Positions 29,335 to 40,458 of a stretch of 64,000 nt of DNA are shown here, one piece after another; the first letter of the stretch is position 1, and each line of letters starts with the position of its first letter. The stretch is taken from the NCBI GenBank assembly GCA_963662465.1, contig OY759599.1, forward strand, positions 4,480,001 to 4,544,000. The letters run 5' to 3'. Source of the stretch: Desulfatiglandales bacterium (GTDB taxonomy: Bacteria > Desulfobacterota > DSM-4660 > Desulfatiglandales > Desulfatiglandaceae). The notes under the pieces were generated by a model. It had not been told where the DNA came from. It saw only the letters and a program-made list of their open reading frames with translations, and did no database searches. The translations under genes and the position numbers were made by a program.

Positions 29335-30546
29335 TCACAACCTCTCATAATTCCAAAGATTAAATACAGTCGCGACCCTGTCCAGGTGGGATCGTTTTTT
29401 CGTGCCGAATTGTCGTTCAAGTTCGTCAATGCAGCGAGCCATCAGCGCCATGTCGATCCGCCGAACTTCCTCTTTGCAGCCGATCGATGTCAGCAGGGTA
29501 ATGCAGCGCTCCCCTCCGAGGTGTTCCTGAAACTCGGCCAGAGCCACCGGGACATCGAGCCTGGAAAGTGCAGGGTGGTACAGCGGCAGAGAGAGTTCCT
29601 CCAACAGGCAGAGAATCCGCTGCAATTCATTTTTTGTGATCATTCCGGCGAGGTGGGAATAGAGGGAGTCCAGGGCCATGCCGATGGCTACGGCCTCTCC
29701 GTGGCCCACGGAGCCACCAGTCATCTCCTCAAGCTTGTGGGCCGACCAGTGTCCGAAATCGAGGGGGCGGGCAGAGCCCATTTCAAAGGGGTCCCCGGCG
29801 CTGCCGATGTGCTCCATATGGAGGACTGCGCAACGATAGATCATCTCTGCCTCAGCAAACCGATCAAAAAGGGCCAGATCGTGCCGTTTTGAATAAAGGT
29901 AATCGAAAAAAGAGCGGTCCTTGATCAACGCGATCTTGACCGCTTCGGCAATGCCCGCCCGTCGCTCTCTGGGGTTGAGGGTATCAAGAAAGAGGCTGTC
30001 GTTGATCACGGCGTACGGCGGCGCAAAAGTGCCAAGAAAATTTTTGCGGCCCATGGCATTGATGGCGTTTTTGACTCCGACACCCGCATCGTTCTGAGCG
30101 AGTACGGTGGTTGGAAAACGGATAAGCCGGACGCCTCGGTGCGCGATGGCCGCGGCATAGCCCACTGCATCGAGTACGGCCCCGCCGCCAATCGCCAATA
30201 CGAAGGACTGTCGACAGACATGATGGCTCCGAATTGCTTCGATCACCCTATCGATTACGGAAGATCGGTCTTTACATCCTTCTCCGCCGGTCACTGTCAG
30301 GATCGGCTCGCAGAGCTCAATTACCTCACGGTTGACTTCGGCGTAGTTGATGATCTTCCTGCCAAAAGACGGCGTCGCGTCCATCACCCCTGAGTCGATG
30401 ACGAAGAGCGCTTTATGCCGTTTTGCCCCCGCCTGCGCGAGGAGTGAAGCAAGAATTCGGCAGCCGGGATGCAAAACATCCCGTTCAAAAAAAACAGGGT
30501 AGTCGTAGCGTAGGGTAAAATGCTGCTCCAGTGTGCGCATGGGCAA
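29335..30546 (-). CDS. 3-dehydroquinate synthase-like sugar-phosphate cyclase (EboD type)
   Basis: GGEGCK, IGGGAVLDAVGYAAAIAHRG, PTTVLAQNDAGVGVKN, DPFEMGSARPLDFGHWSAHKLE, HGEAVAIG. Confidence 0.85.
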   Translation of the reverse strand: MPMRTLEQHFTLRYDYPVFFERDVLHPGCRILASLLAQAGAKRHKALFVIDSGVMDATPSFGRKIINYAEVNREVIELCEPILTVTGGEGCKDRSSVIDRVIEAIRSHHVCRQSFVLAIGGGAVLDAVGYAAAIAHRGVRLIRFPTTVLAQNDAGVGVKNAINAMGRKNFLGTFAPPYAVINDSLFLDTLNPRERRAGIAEAVKIALIKDRSFFDYLYSKRHDLALFDRFAEAEMIYRCAVLHMEHIGSAGDPFEMGSARPLDFGHWSAHKLEEMTGGSVGHGEAVAIGMALDSLYSHLAGMITKNELQRILCLLEELSLPLYHPALSRLDVPVALAEFQEHLGGERCITLLTSIGCKEEVRRIDMALMARCIDELERQFGTKKRSHLDRVATVFNLWNYERL

Positions 30547-30642
30547 ACTCCGGTATTCTTTTCACATGCAGGCAAAAACGCCCGGTTTCAGGATTCTGGC
30601 GGCCGTGACACGCATTTTCTATGTTTAAACGTGCCTCTCTTC

Positions 30643-31320
30643 CTATTCCTGAGAGGTGGCTTTTCCACGGAACACCCGGTAGGTGTAGGTGGTGTAAAAC
30701 AAAATGACGAGAAGCAAAAGGCCTATGACGACCAGCATGAACATCAAAGTTTGCGGTGACGCCGCCCCTTCCCCGGGTCCATTGGTCTCCCAGTGGGCTT
30801 CCATGGCGCCCAGCTTCGTGGGCTGCGTTTCGGCCACTTCCCTTCCAGATCCGTCTCCCAGGTATATCTGGAGCGGCGTAATGATGACGGCCCCGATGAT
30901 GGTGATTTTAAAGGATTTGAGAAAAAAAATCCACCTGACGATTTTTCAACAAATACCATGCGCTGATGCCGCCGATCACGAAAACGCTGATTTCAAGACA
31001 GGCAAACCACATGTGGGAAACCGCCCACGGCATGTCGGGGTTAAAGATCACGGCCAGATTGTCGGTCACCCGGTACCGACCGTTCTCAAAGACGCCTCCG
31101 GCCGGCGTCTGCATCCAGGCATTGGCACTCATGATCCAAAAAGCCGAAAGCGATGTACCGAAAGCGACCATTGTTGTGGCAAATAAATGCATGGCCGGAG
31201 AGACCTTCTTCCAGCCCCAGATCATGATTCCCAGGAACGATGCTTCCAGCATGAACGTCATGGTCGCCTCGAAACCCAGCAAATGCCCGAAGATGTCCCC
31301 GTCTGCCTGGGAAAAAAGGA
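30643..31320 (-). pseudogene. cydA: Cytochrome bd oxidase remnant: cydA fragment fused to the cydB C-terminus
   Basis: FEATMTFMLEASFLG...SAFWIMSANAWMQTPAG...LQIYLGD...QPTKLGAMEAHWET (CydA), then ASPQTLMFMLVVIG...YTTYTYRVFRGK (CydB end). Confidence 0.85.
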
Positions 31321-31478
31321 TCTAACGTTCGTCAGATTATAAATTACTCAAAAGCTTTCGGTTCTTTCCCTTTAATTGAGTACTCCTCTTTACGAGTTTC
31401 GCGTGACATATAAACTTATAATCTGAAGTAACGTCCCCCACTCCGCCCACTCCGCATGGATTCGGGACGATTCCCGGA

Positions 31479-32498
31479 CTATTTCCGGGCAATATCCATG
31501 TCCATGGGGCCCATGGGGGTTTCCAGGGTGCGGGATCGCACCCACCGAAATCCACATCTAAGGGCAGACTCCGCCACAACACCCTGATCCAGGGAAAAAT
31601 CGACCCCGGTTTTGAGCCGGTCCGCCAGATGGCCCAACATGGTCTCGGGCTTGGTGTGCTCATGGGTCATACCATCCTGAAAGCTGACAAAATACCCGCC
31701 CCGTTTCACGACCGCATGGATCTTCCGGATTAAAACGTCCAATTTCCATTTGGCGAAATTGAGCGTGGAACAAGCCCATATGAGGTCATAATCCGTCCCG
31801 ATATCATCGACCATGTAGTCCCCGGCCACAACATTCACCCGCTGAACCATGCCGTATTTTTCGATGAAATACCGGGCTATCTCCACCACCTGCGCCCGAT
31901 CAAAAACCGTCCCCTTCATGGTGGGGTGCTCGTTCACGATATAGAGCGCAAAAACACCATGCCCTCCCCCCAAATCCAGCATCTTCTCAAAACCTGAAAA
32001 CCCGGGTAGCCCCGAGAGAATGCCAGCCACCCTTTGTCCAACCTCCCCCATGGCCCAGGCGGCGCTGGTTCGGGTAAGTTCGGTCCAAAGCGCCTGGGAA
32101 GCGAAGTCCTTTTCAGCGACTTTCCCCACCGGACCCTCTTTGACAAGCCCGAACAGGTCCTTCAGGGGATCAACGCACCGCATTTCAATCATCTGGAACA
32201 ACGCACCCCGGTAGCCGGGGGATGCCTCCGACAGGAAGGTCTGGGTGATGGGAAGGTTGCGGTACAGACCTTTTTCCTTTTCCAGCAGGTCGATGGTGAC
32301 CAAAGCGTCCAGGAAGCACCGGGTATTCTCAGGATGGGCGTCCAACTCCCGAGCCACCTCTTCAGCAGAGCGAAACGTCTCAAGCCGGTTGAAGATTTTG
32401 AGTTCAATCCCCGTCATCATCAGTCTTGTCTTTACGGGTCCGGTGACGATCTGATAAAGTTCTCCGTAATCCATGGTTGCTGCCGGCAACTGATTCAT
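31479..32498 (-). CDS. SAM-dependent O-methyltransferase (dimerisation domain plus Methyltransf_2)
   Basis: N-terminal winged helix (GIELKIF...LDALVTIDLL), MLDLGGGHG, VAGDYM. Confidence 0.85.
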   Translation of the reverse strand: MNQLPAATMDYGELYQIVTGPVKTRLMMTGIELKIFNRLETFRSAEEVARELDAHPENTRCFLDALVTIDLLEKEKGLYRNLPITQTFLSEASPGYRGALFQMIEMRCVDPLKDLFGLVKEGPVGKVAEKDFASQALWTELTRTSAAWAMGEVGQRVAGILSGLPGFSGFEKMLDLGGGHGVFALYIVNEHPTMKGTVFDRAQVVEIARYFIEKYGMVQRVNVVAGDYMVDDIGTDYDLIWACSTLNFAKWKLDVLIRKIHAVVKRGGYFVSFQDGMTHEHTKPETMLGHLADRLKTGVDFSLDQGVVAESALRCGFRWVRSRTLETPMGPMDMDIARK

Positions 32499-32871
32499 AA
32501 TGGTCTCCTTCCTCTCAAACACACAACATTGGTTTCCTCTTCAACAAGCCTTGATTCCTCCACCAGAAAGCCTGCCGCATCCAGCAATCGGGCAAGGTCG
32601 TCCGGACTCACGATCCGGTTTTCTTTGGGCGGTATGCCGAATTTTCCGAGATAACGAATCCCCATGGCAAGCTTTGATCGGAAACTCATGCCATAAGAGG
32701 TGGAATCCGCCAGTACAATGCTTCCGCCGGGCTTGAGGACCCTGTAGCCCTCGGTCAGAACATCCATCAGACGCCTTGATCCGCGACAGAGGTTTCTCTC
32801 CCGATCAATCTCTCCACTGTGTCACGGAGAAAAGAATGGTCGTAGTCCACCAACCCGGGTATTGTTTTCAT
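32495..32871 (-). pseudogene. Fused remnants: transglutaminase 5' stub plus class I methyltransferase 3' half
   Basis: MKTIPGLVDYDHSFLRDTVERL (compare 49786) is joined to MDVLTEGYRVLKPGGSIVLADST...VVCLRG (compare 45834-46110). Confidence 0.8.
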
Positions 32872-32927
32872 GTGTTGTCCTCATATCGTGTTTCATCCCG
32901 TTCATACCTCAATCCTCCGAATGTTCC

Positions 32928-34019
32928 TTAGAGGTGGTAAACGCACACGCGATTGCGTCCCCCATGCTTCGCCCGATACAACGCCATGTCCGCCGCTCTT
33001 AACAGTCCCTCACCATCGGCAATATTTCCGTTGAGCGTACATAAGCCGACGCTTATCGTTGTCCTGACCACATCATCGGCAATGCAGATGTCGTCTTTTT
33101 CAACACCTTCCCGCAAACGTTCAGCAATTTGCCCGGATCTGGGCAGATCCACGTCCGGTAGAATCACCGCGAATTCCTCTCCTCCCAACCGCCCGAAGAT
33201 GTCATTTTCCCTGAGTACTTTTTGGCAGGCGACCGTGATCCTTTTGAGTACCTGATCACCCACGCCGTGACCGAATCGGTCATTGACGGATTTAAAATAA
33301 TCCACGTCGATCATGATCAACGACAAGGGGAATTGTAAATCGCGAGCGCGACGAACTTCCTGTTGCAGCTTTTCCGTAAAACAACGGCGATTGTATATTC
33401 CGGTGAGCGCATCCGTATGGGCCAGAAGGGTGAGTCTCTCGTGCAGCTTCTTCCTTTCGGTAATATCCAAAAGCAAACCATCGATATGGGCAACGCTGCC
33501 GGTTTCGTCTATAATGGCTTGAGCGCTGAATTCCACCCATATGCAATCGCCCTCTTTCCGAATCAATTCCGTCTGGTATTGCTTACACCCGCCATTCTTG
33601 ACGACAACGGAAAAAAGCTGCCGGTACCCTTCCTGAGCCTCCAAAGCCGACTTTACGGATTGCTTTTTCAATATATGCGTGGGAGATGAATATCCCAAGA
33701 TATGCGCCATTGCCGGATTGACATCAATAAGGCCGCCATGAGGGTCGCTGCGAAAAATCCCTTCGACCGCATTTTCAAACAGGTTTCGATACTTGCTTTC
33801 GCTTCGAAAAAGCTGTTTGTTGAGCCGATTCAATTCGTTTTGCATACGGTCGCTGAACTGAACGATCCTTCGGGTTTGTTTGAAGAGTTTTCGGTATTTC
33901 CCGAGGAGCCATTGGAAATGCCCGAGGGCCTGGTTCTCATCCCGAAAACCGGTCGCAAGTATTTCCTGGGCCTCATGAACAACACCCTGCTCCGTTTGAA
34001 ACAAATTGCCGTAACCCAT
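32928..34019 (-). CDS. siaD: PAS-GGDEF diguanylate cyclase with a SiaD-like N-terminal coiled coil
   Basis: KYRKLFKQTRRIVQFSDRMQ, a PAS domain, DALTG, DVDYFKSVND, RLGGEEF; last gene of a sia-like operon. Confidence 0.8.
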   Translation of the reverse strand: MGYGNLFQTEQGVVHEAQEILATGFRDENQALGHFQWLLGKYRKLFKQTRRIVQFSDRMQNELNRLNKQLFRSESKYRNLFENAVEGIFRSDPHGGLIDVNPAMAHILGYSSPTHILKKQSVKSALEAQEGYRQLFSVVVKNGGCKQYQTELIRKEGDCIWVEFSAQAIIDETGSVAHIDGLLLDITERKKLHERLTLLAHTDALTGIYNRRCFTEKLQQEVRRARDLQFPLSLIMIDVDYFKSVNDRFGHGVGDQVLKRITVACQKVLRENDIFGRLGGEEFAVILPDVDLPRSGQIAERLREGVEKDDICIADDVVRTTISVGLCTLNGNIADGEGLLRAADMALYRAKHGGRNRVCVYHL

Positions 34020-34031
34020 TATTTTTGCATC

Positions 34032-34418
34032 CTACTCGGAGATGGCGACCAGTCTGATGTCAAGACCATCATAGTCCATCTGAAAATCTTCGCCGCTTTC
34101 CCGGATAATTTCGTTTTCCTTATCAAAACGCCACATAACGGTTATAGGCCAGCCTGTTTGGACGGCATCCTCCAGAAGGTCAAAAAGGTTCATGATCGCC
34201 TTTGAACTGCTGCTGTTGTAGTAAACCAGCTCAAAATTCAGCTGCATATGATGTTGATCGGAGATTTTAAACCATCGACTGAGCCAATGCAAAACCGGTT
34301 CATAAAAACCGGCAGCATTTTCCGGATAGGACTCCCCCTTGATCTCAAAAACGTTCGAATCCGGATAAAAACGAACCGATGGCGTGGATTTGGATGATTC
34401 GATTCTTAAAGATTTCAT
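34032..34418 (-). CDS. siaC: SiaC-family (DUF1987) protein
   Basis: TPSVRF...IKGESYPENA..FYEP...LVYYNSSSSK. Confidence 0.85.
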   Translation of the reverse strand: MKSLRIESSKSTPSVRFYPDSNVFEIKGESYPENAAGFYEPVLHWLSRWFKISDQHHMQLNFELVYYNSSSSKAIMNLFDLLEDAVQTGWPITVMWRFDKENEIIRESGEDFQMDYDGLDIRLVAISE

Positions 34419-34428
34419 GCCAAACTCC

Positions 34429-34980
34429 TCATATGACCGCTTTGACGGCAAAGAAAGCAAGCTTTTCATCCAGGGGCTGAACATCAAATACAATGGGATC
34501 CGTGGAACGACGCGCGATTTCCAACAACCCCAAGCCCGCACCCAGGCTATCGGCCGGAGGATCAGACCTTCGCCTTTCCCGATACATGTTTCGAAGCCCT
34601 TCCGGTTTGAGTTCCCGAATCATAGTCAGATCCCGGGCAAGCGGTTCGGCTCTCTCCAGAGCGATATAATTCCCACAACATACATAATACTGTTTGTCCT
34701 GAAATCCGAGCGCTAAAACGCCGGCCCTGATCTCCCCTTTCCCTTCTCCTTCCGATGCGACAATTTCAGCGGAGTAGTTCATAATATTCTGGCTCTGCTC
34801 GATGAATACGGAAAAGACACGCTGTATGGTGTTCAGTGCGGTTGAATCCATTTTCATCTTTTTGCGCATCGTCTCCCCGATGCCTTCCAAAATCATCTGA
34901 GACAACGGGCCGCTGAAACTGAAAATAATGCCATCGCTTTTCAGCTCTTCGTAAAGGAACTTTAAATGTTCGATCCGCAT
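34429..34980 (-). CDS. siaB: SiaB-family kinase (DUF6272)
   Basis: FSFSGPLSQ, RVFSVFIEQSQNIMNYS, GAGLGLLEIARRS. Confidence 0.85.
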   Translation of the reverse strand: MRIEHLKFLYEELKSDGIIFSFSGPLSQMILEGIGETMRKKMKMDSTALNTIQRVFSVFIEQSQNIMNYSAEIVASEGEGKGEIRAGVLALGFQDKQYYVCCGNYIALERAEPLARDLTMIRELKPEGLRNMYRERRRSDPPADSLGAGLGLLEIARRSTDPIVFDVQPLDEKLAFFAVKAVI

Positions 34981-34989
34981 ATCCTCTCC

Positions 34990-36177
34990 TCAACCCTTAA
35001 CGGCTGAAAAACCCAACAATGTAAGGTCATCCCTTTTTTCTTCTTGACCCGCGTATGTTCTCCAAGATTCCGTTAAATGCTTTTGACGCTCCTGAAACGG
35101 CATTCCGGAAACCCTTGCCAACAACTGTTTGAGCCCGTTCTTTCCCAAAGGCAATCCCTTCCGACCGCCCACCTGATCCGTTACGCCGTCGGTCAATAAA
35201 TAGAACGTCTCAAAACCCGTCAATTGAAGGGTATGGTTTTTATAATGATAATCCACCGGAACCCGATGATCCCCGACGCCCATTCGGTCCCCTTTGATTT
35301 CCAATATCTTTCCCTGGATCTCGTAGAAAAGGGGCAATCCGGCGCCGGCGAAGGTCAGTTCTCCACATTCGGCATTTATATGACAAACGGCGGCATCAAA
35401 ACCATCATCAATTCGCGATGCCGTTCCGTTACAACCCAAGACCTGTTTCAATTGAATGTTCAGAATCTCCAGCACCCGCCCGGGGTTGTTGCAGAATTCG
35501 GAAGCCCCTGTTTTCTCAAGCAGGATATGGACGATGAGGGTCATAAATGCACCCGGAACACCATGCCCCGTGCAATCGATGGCCGCGACAAAACAACCGC
35601 TTTCCGTCTTTGTGACCCAGTAGGTATCGCCCCCCACCACATCGCGCGGTTCCCACCACACGAAATAGTCTTTAAAAACCGCATTGAACACGGCGGAAGA
35701 GGGCAGCAATGCATGCTGTATCCGGCTGGCGTATTCGATGCTTTCCATGACCTTGGTTTGGGAAAATCTTAGCAGTCCAAGGATATTGACCAGTTTTTCC
35801 TCCCTCGCCGCAATAATCCGCCCCATCCAATAGAGATTTCTCTTGGTTTTCAAAAAATCGTTTTCCTCTCCTTTTTCAGGCGGCAAGGGGAAGGACGCAT
35901 GATAGGCCCCCTGTTTCACCGACTGACAATAATCATTGATTTTCTTTATATTTCTGAAAACCATTGCGTTGCTGAACCAGCCGCACACGGGGAACTGGAT
36001 CACAATCATGAATGCCAGGAAAAGGGCGGCAAAGGGGATGATTTGTTTAGAAGAATAATGGTGCAAGAGTACCAGATTCACCCCGGCGGGCACTATCGAT
36101 AAAATAAAGAAAAACACCAGGGTTTTGATTTTGGTATCCATATCGGCAATGATGTCCATCAATCGGCTCATCCTCAT
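34990..36177 (-). CDS. siaA: Membrane PP2C/SpoIIE phosphatase (SiaA-like)
   Basis: Two TM segments; SIEYASRIQ, PRDVVGGD, DCTGHGVPGAFM, TDGVTDQVGG, RDDLT. Confidence 0.8.
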   Translation of the reverse strand: MRMSRLMDIIADMDTKIKTLVFFFILSIVPAGVNLVLLHHYSSKQIIPFAALFLAFMIVIQFPVCGWFSNAMVFRNIKKINDYCQSVKQGAYHASFPLPPEKGEENDFLKTKRNLYWMGRIIAAREEKLVNILGLLRFSQTKVMESIEYASRIQHALLPSSAVFNAVFKDYFVWWEPRDVVGGDTYWVTKTESGCFVAAIDCTGHGVPGAFMTLIVHILLEKTGASEFCNNPGRVLEILNIQLKQVLGCNGTASRIDDGFDAAVCHINAECGELTFAGAGLPLFYEIQGKILEIKGDRMGVGDHRVPVDYHYKNHTLQLTGFETFYLLTDGVTDQVGGRKGLPLGKNGLKQLLARVSGMPFQERQKHLTESWRTYAGQEEKRDDLTLLGFSAVKG

Positions 36178-36181
36178 GATC

Positions 36182-37978
36182 TCATCCCTTGGACCCAACA
36201 TTTGTTTCTTTTGGAATGGGCACATCCAGCATGTTGCGCACACTTTCCGAAAGTTCCGCGATGGTAAAAGGTTTCTGAATAAACCCGCCGTATCCCTTGC
36301 CCATGACTTTGTTCACCTGGTTGCCGGCGGCATGACCACTGGAAAACATCACCCGCATCGCGGGCATGATCTCACGGATGGAATCGAACGTCTTGCCGCC
36401 ATCCATACCCGGCATGATCATGTCCAGAATCACCAGATCGATTTCGTTTTTCAATTTTTTGACGACTTTAACCGCTTCTCCGCCACCTTTTGCAGCAATG
36501 ACGCGATAACCCAATTTTTCCAGCATGGCATGGCCCACATCGAGGATCATTTCCTCGTCGTCAACCAGCAAAATTCTCTCCGAACCTTGATTCAGCTTTG
36601 CTTTTCCTGAAACAACCCGAACCGCTTCGTTTTCGCATAGCGGCAGATAAATATTGAAGGCACTCCCGTGACCGGGGTCGCTTTTCACCGTAATCACGCC
36701 GCCATGATTCTGGATGATCCCGTAAGCTGAAGCCAGCCCCAAACCCGTCCCCCGACCCCTTTCCTTGGTGGTGAAAAATGGATCGAAGATCCGTTTTCGA
36801 GTGGCGCGGTCCATGCCGACCCCCGTATCCGAGATCCTGATCCTCACGTAGGGTCCCGGTTCGGCCCCATGACGATCCAGAAATTGCTTATCGGGGATGA
36901 GGATTCCGGTTTCCAGAAAAATATCCCCGCCATCGGGCATGGCCTGCCAAGCGTTGATCAGCATGTTCAGCAATACCTGTTCAATTTGATTGGGATCGGC
37001 ATTGACCACCACGGCCCCTTTTTCGCATTTCATGTGAATCCGAAGCCCTTTTTTGGTTCTTCCGAACAGGCTCGCGCTTTCTCGCACCAATTCATTGACG
37101 TCCATGGGCCGAGCCCTGTATTTGCCGCCCCTGGCAAAGCCCAACAACTGATCCGTGAGTATCTTGGCGCTTTGAACGTGCGTCTCGATGGCATCGGTGT
37201 GTTCCAAATGGGGATGAGAAGGAAATAAATCCATGGCGATCAGTGAGGCGCGGCCCTGAATGCCCATGAGCAGATTATTGAAATCATGGGCAACCCCGCC
37301 GGCCAGCGTGCCGATGGCTTCAAATTTCTGAACCTGAAGAAGGTGTGCTTCCAATTCTTTGCGCTTTGAAATATCCGTGAAAACGAACTCGAAGTGCTTG
37401 GGGCTGCCATTGCCGTTGAAATGAACGAAACCGCTCCCCATAACCACGGTCCGTTGTTCACCCAGGTCTTTGCGGCACAGCACTGCCTCAAAATCCCCAA
37501 TACTACCCATAAACAGCAGTTCCTTGAGGAAATCGTCCAGGATTGCCGGTTCCGCGAAGAGATTGTCCAAACAAAGATCCCGCATATCCGTCATGCAAGA
37601 ATACCCGAACAAACGAACCGAGGCCGGGTTGGCTTTAAGCAACCGCATTTCATGGTCAAAAACCACAATGGCTTCCCGGGTGCTTTGGAAAAAATTATGA
37701 TGTTCCCGTTCACTTTCAAGCACGGCGGTATATTCCCGAACAAGCGCCTCATTTTGCTTCTCCAGCGCCGCCATTCGTTGCGCCATCCGGCAGAAATCCA
37801 TTCCAACCCCCATGGAACGGCAATCTTCATTGAAAGCTTTTCCTTCGAATTCCATTCGGGCTCGATCCGAGAGCCCGATTTCGCCATTTTCTGATATCGA
37901 ATTATTCCCGCGACCGCGGCAATCCTGCTCCATTACACGAACCTCACCCACAAGATTAGATTTTCTTTTTGCCTCCAT
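36182..37978 (-). CDS. Hybrid PAS-histidine kinase-receiver protein
   Basis: GGVAHDFNNLL, FDPFFTTK, GTGLGL, ILLVDDE, LDMIMP. Confidence 0.92.
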   Translation of the reverse strand: MEAKRKSNLVGEVRVMEQDCRGRGNNSISENGEIGLSDRARMEFEGKAFNEDCRSMGVGMDFCRMAQRMAALEKQNEALVREYTAVLESEREHHNFFQSTREAIVVFDHEMRLLKANPASVRLFGYSCMTDMRDLCLDNLFAEPAILDDFLKELLFMGSIGDFEAVLCRKDLGEQRTVVMGSGFVHFNGNGSPKHFEFVFTDISKRKELEAHLLQVQKFEAIGTLAGGVAHDFNNLLMGIQGRASLIAMDLFPSHPHLEHTDAIETHVQSAKILTDQLLGFARGGKYRARPMDVNELVRESASLFGRTKKGLRIHMKCEKGAVVVNADPNQIEQVLLNMLINAWQAMPDGGDIFLETGILIPDKQFLDRHGAEPGPYVRIRISDTGVGMDRATRKRIFDPFFTTKERGRGTGLGLASAYGIIQNHGGVITVKSDPGHGSAFNIYLPLCENEAVRVVSGKAKLNQGSERILLVDDEEMILDVGHAMLEKLGYRVIAAKGGGEAVKVVKKLKNEIDLVILDMIMPGMDGGKTFDSIREIMPAMRVMFSSGHAAGNQVNKVMGKGYGGFIQKPFTIAELSESVRNMLDVPIPKETNVGSKG

Positions 37979-38028
37979 GGCCTATTCCCTCCCCGGCGGA
38001 TCCATTATATTTGACCTGATGTCAATGC

Positions 38029-40029
38029 TCAACAGCTTGAAGGAATTACACCGGAACCCATCACTCCGGACGGACCCGTCTCAAGGAGAGGGCGTCTCCG
38101 CCATTTTCCGCTCCCCACCATATGCCGATCCCGTCCGCCGCCGGCGGAATTTCCAGCCACCAATGCCAGCAGACCTTTGACAGTCTGCCGCATCCGTTCC
38201 GCCTGCCCGGCCATTTCTTCAGCCACGCTTGCCGATTCCTCGGCGCCCGCCGCATTGTGCTGAACCACCTTTTCCGTGTCTTCAAATGCCATGTTGAGCT
38301 GTTTGATAGCCGCTGACTGTTCATTGGAAGCGGAAGCGATCCGACTCACCAGTCCGCCGACTTTTTCAGTGCTTCGGGCAACCCGAATGGACTCTTCCCG
38401 GGTTGTGGAAGCCAGTTTGGCGCCTTTTTTCACGCTTTCCAGGGTCCCTGCGATCAGCGCTTCCGTTGTTTTGGCCGCATCCGCTGCCCGAAGGGCCAGT
38501 TTCCGAACTTCATCGGCGACAACCGCAAATCCCGCCCCGGCTTCACCGGCCCTGGCCGCTTCAATCGCGGCATTCAAAGCCAGCAGATTGGTCTGAAAAG
38601 CGATATCATCGATGGTCTTGATAATCTGGGATGTCTCCTGACCGGCTTTTAAAATCTCCTCCATAAAATCGATCAAATGCGCCATGGCGATATTGGCACC
38701 GGCCACGATCCTGCCGGTCTCACCCATCAAGCCATTGGCATCATCGGCGTCATCGGCGTTGTGTCGGGTGGTTGACGCCATCTCGGCCAGGGATGAGGAA
38801 ATTTGTTCGATGGCCGCCGCCTGCTCGGCGGCCCCCTCGGCAAGCGCCTGACTGGTAGCGGAGAGCTGATCGGATGCCGAGGCAACCTGTTCCGCCCCCT
38901 TATCCAGAACGTCCGTGCTGTCGCCAATGGGTTTTGTAATGCTTCGGGCCAAAAGAAAGGCGGCGCCACCTCCCAAGATCAACAGCAACAGGGCGCAAAG
39001 CGATACCACAACCATCAGGGATCGAAAGCCGTTTTGCACGGACAGCGCGGTCGCCGCGATCTCATCCTCGTAGGCGCCGGCACAGATCACCCAATCCCAG
39101 GGGGCGTAATAGGTACACTGAACCACCTTCATGCGAGCCTCGCTTTCATGGCCGTTTTTCCATGGATACCGCACTGTAATCGTGTTGCCCGGTTTTGCGG
39201 AAACGGCCCTTTGGATGATGTCGTAAACAAACGGCTTCCCTTCGGCATCCCTCACCTCCAGGATATCTTCACCATCCCGCTTGCCCTCATGGGATATGAT
39301 ATAATGCCCTTTGTCCTCCCCCTTACCTCCCAGAACACTGACATAGCCGCTTTCGCCAATCCGTTTGGACAGGATCATCCGGCGTATTGCGTCTCCGATC
39401 CGCGCTTTCACCATCTGGTCGAACTCGGTTTTGTACGCCGATGCCGCAATGATCCATCCCCAAGGCGCAAAAATTTTCTGGGCCAGACATTTGGCCCGTG
39501 CATTGGCTTCCCCGGGATTTTTCCACTCGTACTCAAGGTATCCCCCATCACCCATTGTGAGCTGTTTTTGAACAAAATTGTGTTTACGCAAATTTCTTCC
39601 GATCATGGCCCCGTTGGGATGAGCCACCATTATTCCCTCAGAAGACAGCACGCAAACATACCCCGTTTCCCCGATTTTCCGGCTCAACAAATATGACGCA
39701 GCTCTTTCCTTGGCCTCAGCCTCGGTCATGCGACCCGATTGATATTGATCGTAAAAATACCGAACCATCCGTTCGCCGTTCTCTGCAATACTCATACACG
39801 TGGAAACAATGGCGGCACTGGACGCCTGGGCGATGTTTTCGCCGATGGTCTTGGCCATGTCGTCCAACTGCGCCAGCGTCGCTTCCTCCATTTTGACATT
39901 CACCAATTGACTCAAGGCGTTGCTTTTCAAGTACGTCACGATTAAAATAACGAGCGTCGGCAAAATGACACACATCAGGGCAAGGGCGACAATTTTCGTT
40001 CGCAAATTTAATGCATTCATCATGTTCAA
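38029..40029 (-). CDS. Methyl-accepting chemotaxis protein with two Cache domains
   Basis: IGETGY/IGESGY...Y.WKN...W.W Cache repeats; [34 protein letters not shown]. Confidence 0.92.
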   Translation of the reverse strand: MNMMNALNLRTKIVALALMCVILPTLVILIVTYLKSNALSQLVNVKMEEATLAQLDDMAKTIGENIAQASSAAIVSTCMSIAENGERMVRYFYDQYQSGRMTEAEAKERAASYLLSRKIGETGYVCVLSSEGIMVAHPNGAMIGRNLRKHNFVQKQLTMGDGGYLEYEWKNPGEANARAKCLAQKIFAPWGWIIAASAYKTEFDQMVKARIGDAIRRMILSKRIGESGYVSVLGGKGEDKGHYIISHEGKRDGEDILEVRDAEGKPFVYDIIQRAVSAKPGNTITVRYPWKNGHESEARMKVVQCTYYAPWDWVICAGAYEDEIAATALSVQNGFRSLMVVVSLCALLLLILGGGAAFLLARSITKPIGDSTDVLDKGAEQVASASDQLSATSQALAEGAAEQAAAIEQISSSLAEMASTTRHNADDADDANGLMGETGRIVAGANIAMAHLIDFMEEILKAGQETSQIIKTIDDIAFQTNLLALNAAIEAARAGEAGAGFAVVADEVRKLALRAADAAKTTEALIAGTLESVKKGAKLASTTREESIRVARSTEKVGGLVSRIASASNEQSAAIKQLNMAFEDTEKVVQHNAAGAEESASVAEEMAGQAERMRQTVKGLLALVAGNSAGGGRDRHMVGSGKWRRRPLLETGPSGVMGSGVIPSSC

Positions 40030-40458
40030 TCCTCCTTATTGAGAAAAAGGCATATGGGTCTGTTTCGCAAACACACATGAGCGGCATTCACACTGCATCA
40101 GCTTCCAGTCGGCTGATAAATACCACCGGAATCCCTGACAACTTAAATGGGAAAATCCGCACAAACGGATGGAAACCGCTACGGCGGCAATATGTTTTGC
40201 AGGTCTAACTCTTTCGAAAAGTTCTGTCAATCTTTTTTTATTAGGAAATTCAAACATATTTCGTTTCATTGATCAGGAAGGCACAATTCACTCAGAATAG
40301 ACGTCATGAATCAGGCGGGCATTCACCCCCAAACATGGAAATGACATCTACCGCTTTCAAGCTAACGGCTTTATTTTCATGATAAATCAAGGAAACAGAA
40401 ATTAATGCGGCCGAGCGGCCGAAGGGGATAAGGAACTTTATTAAAGGAAAAAAAGCCG

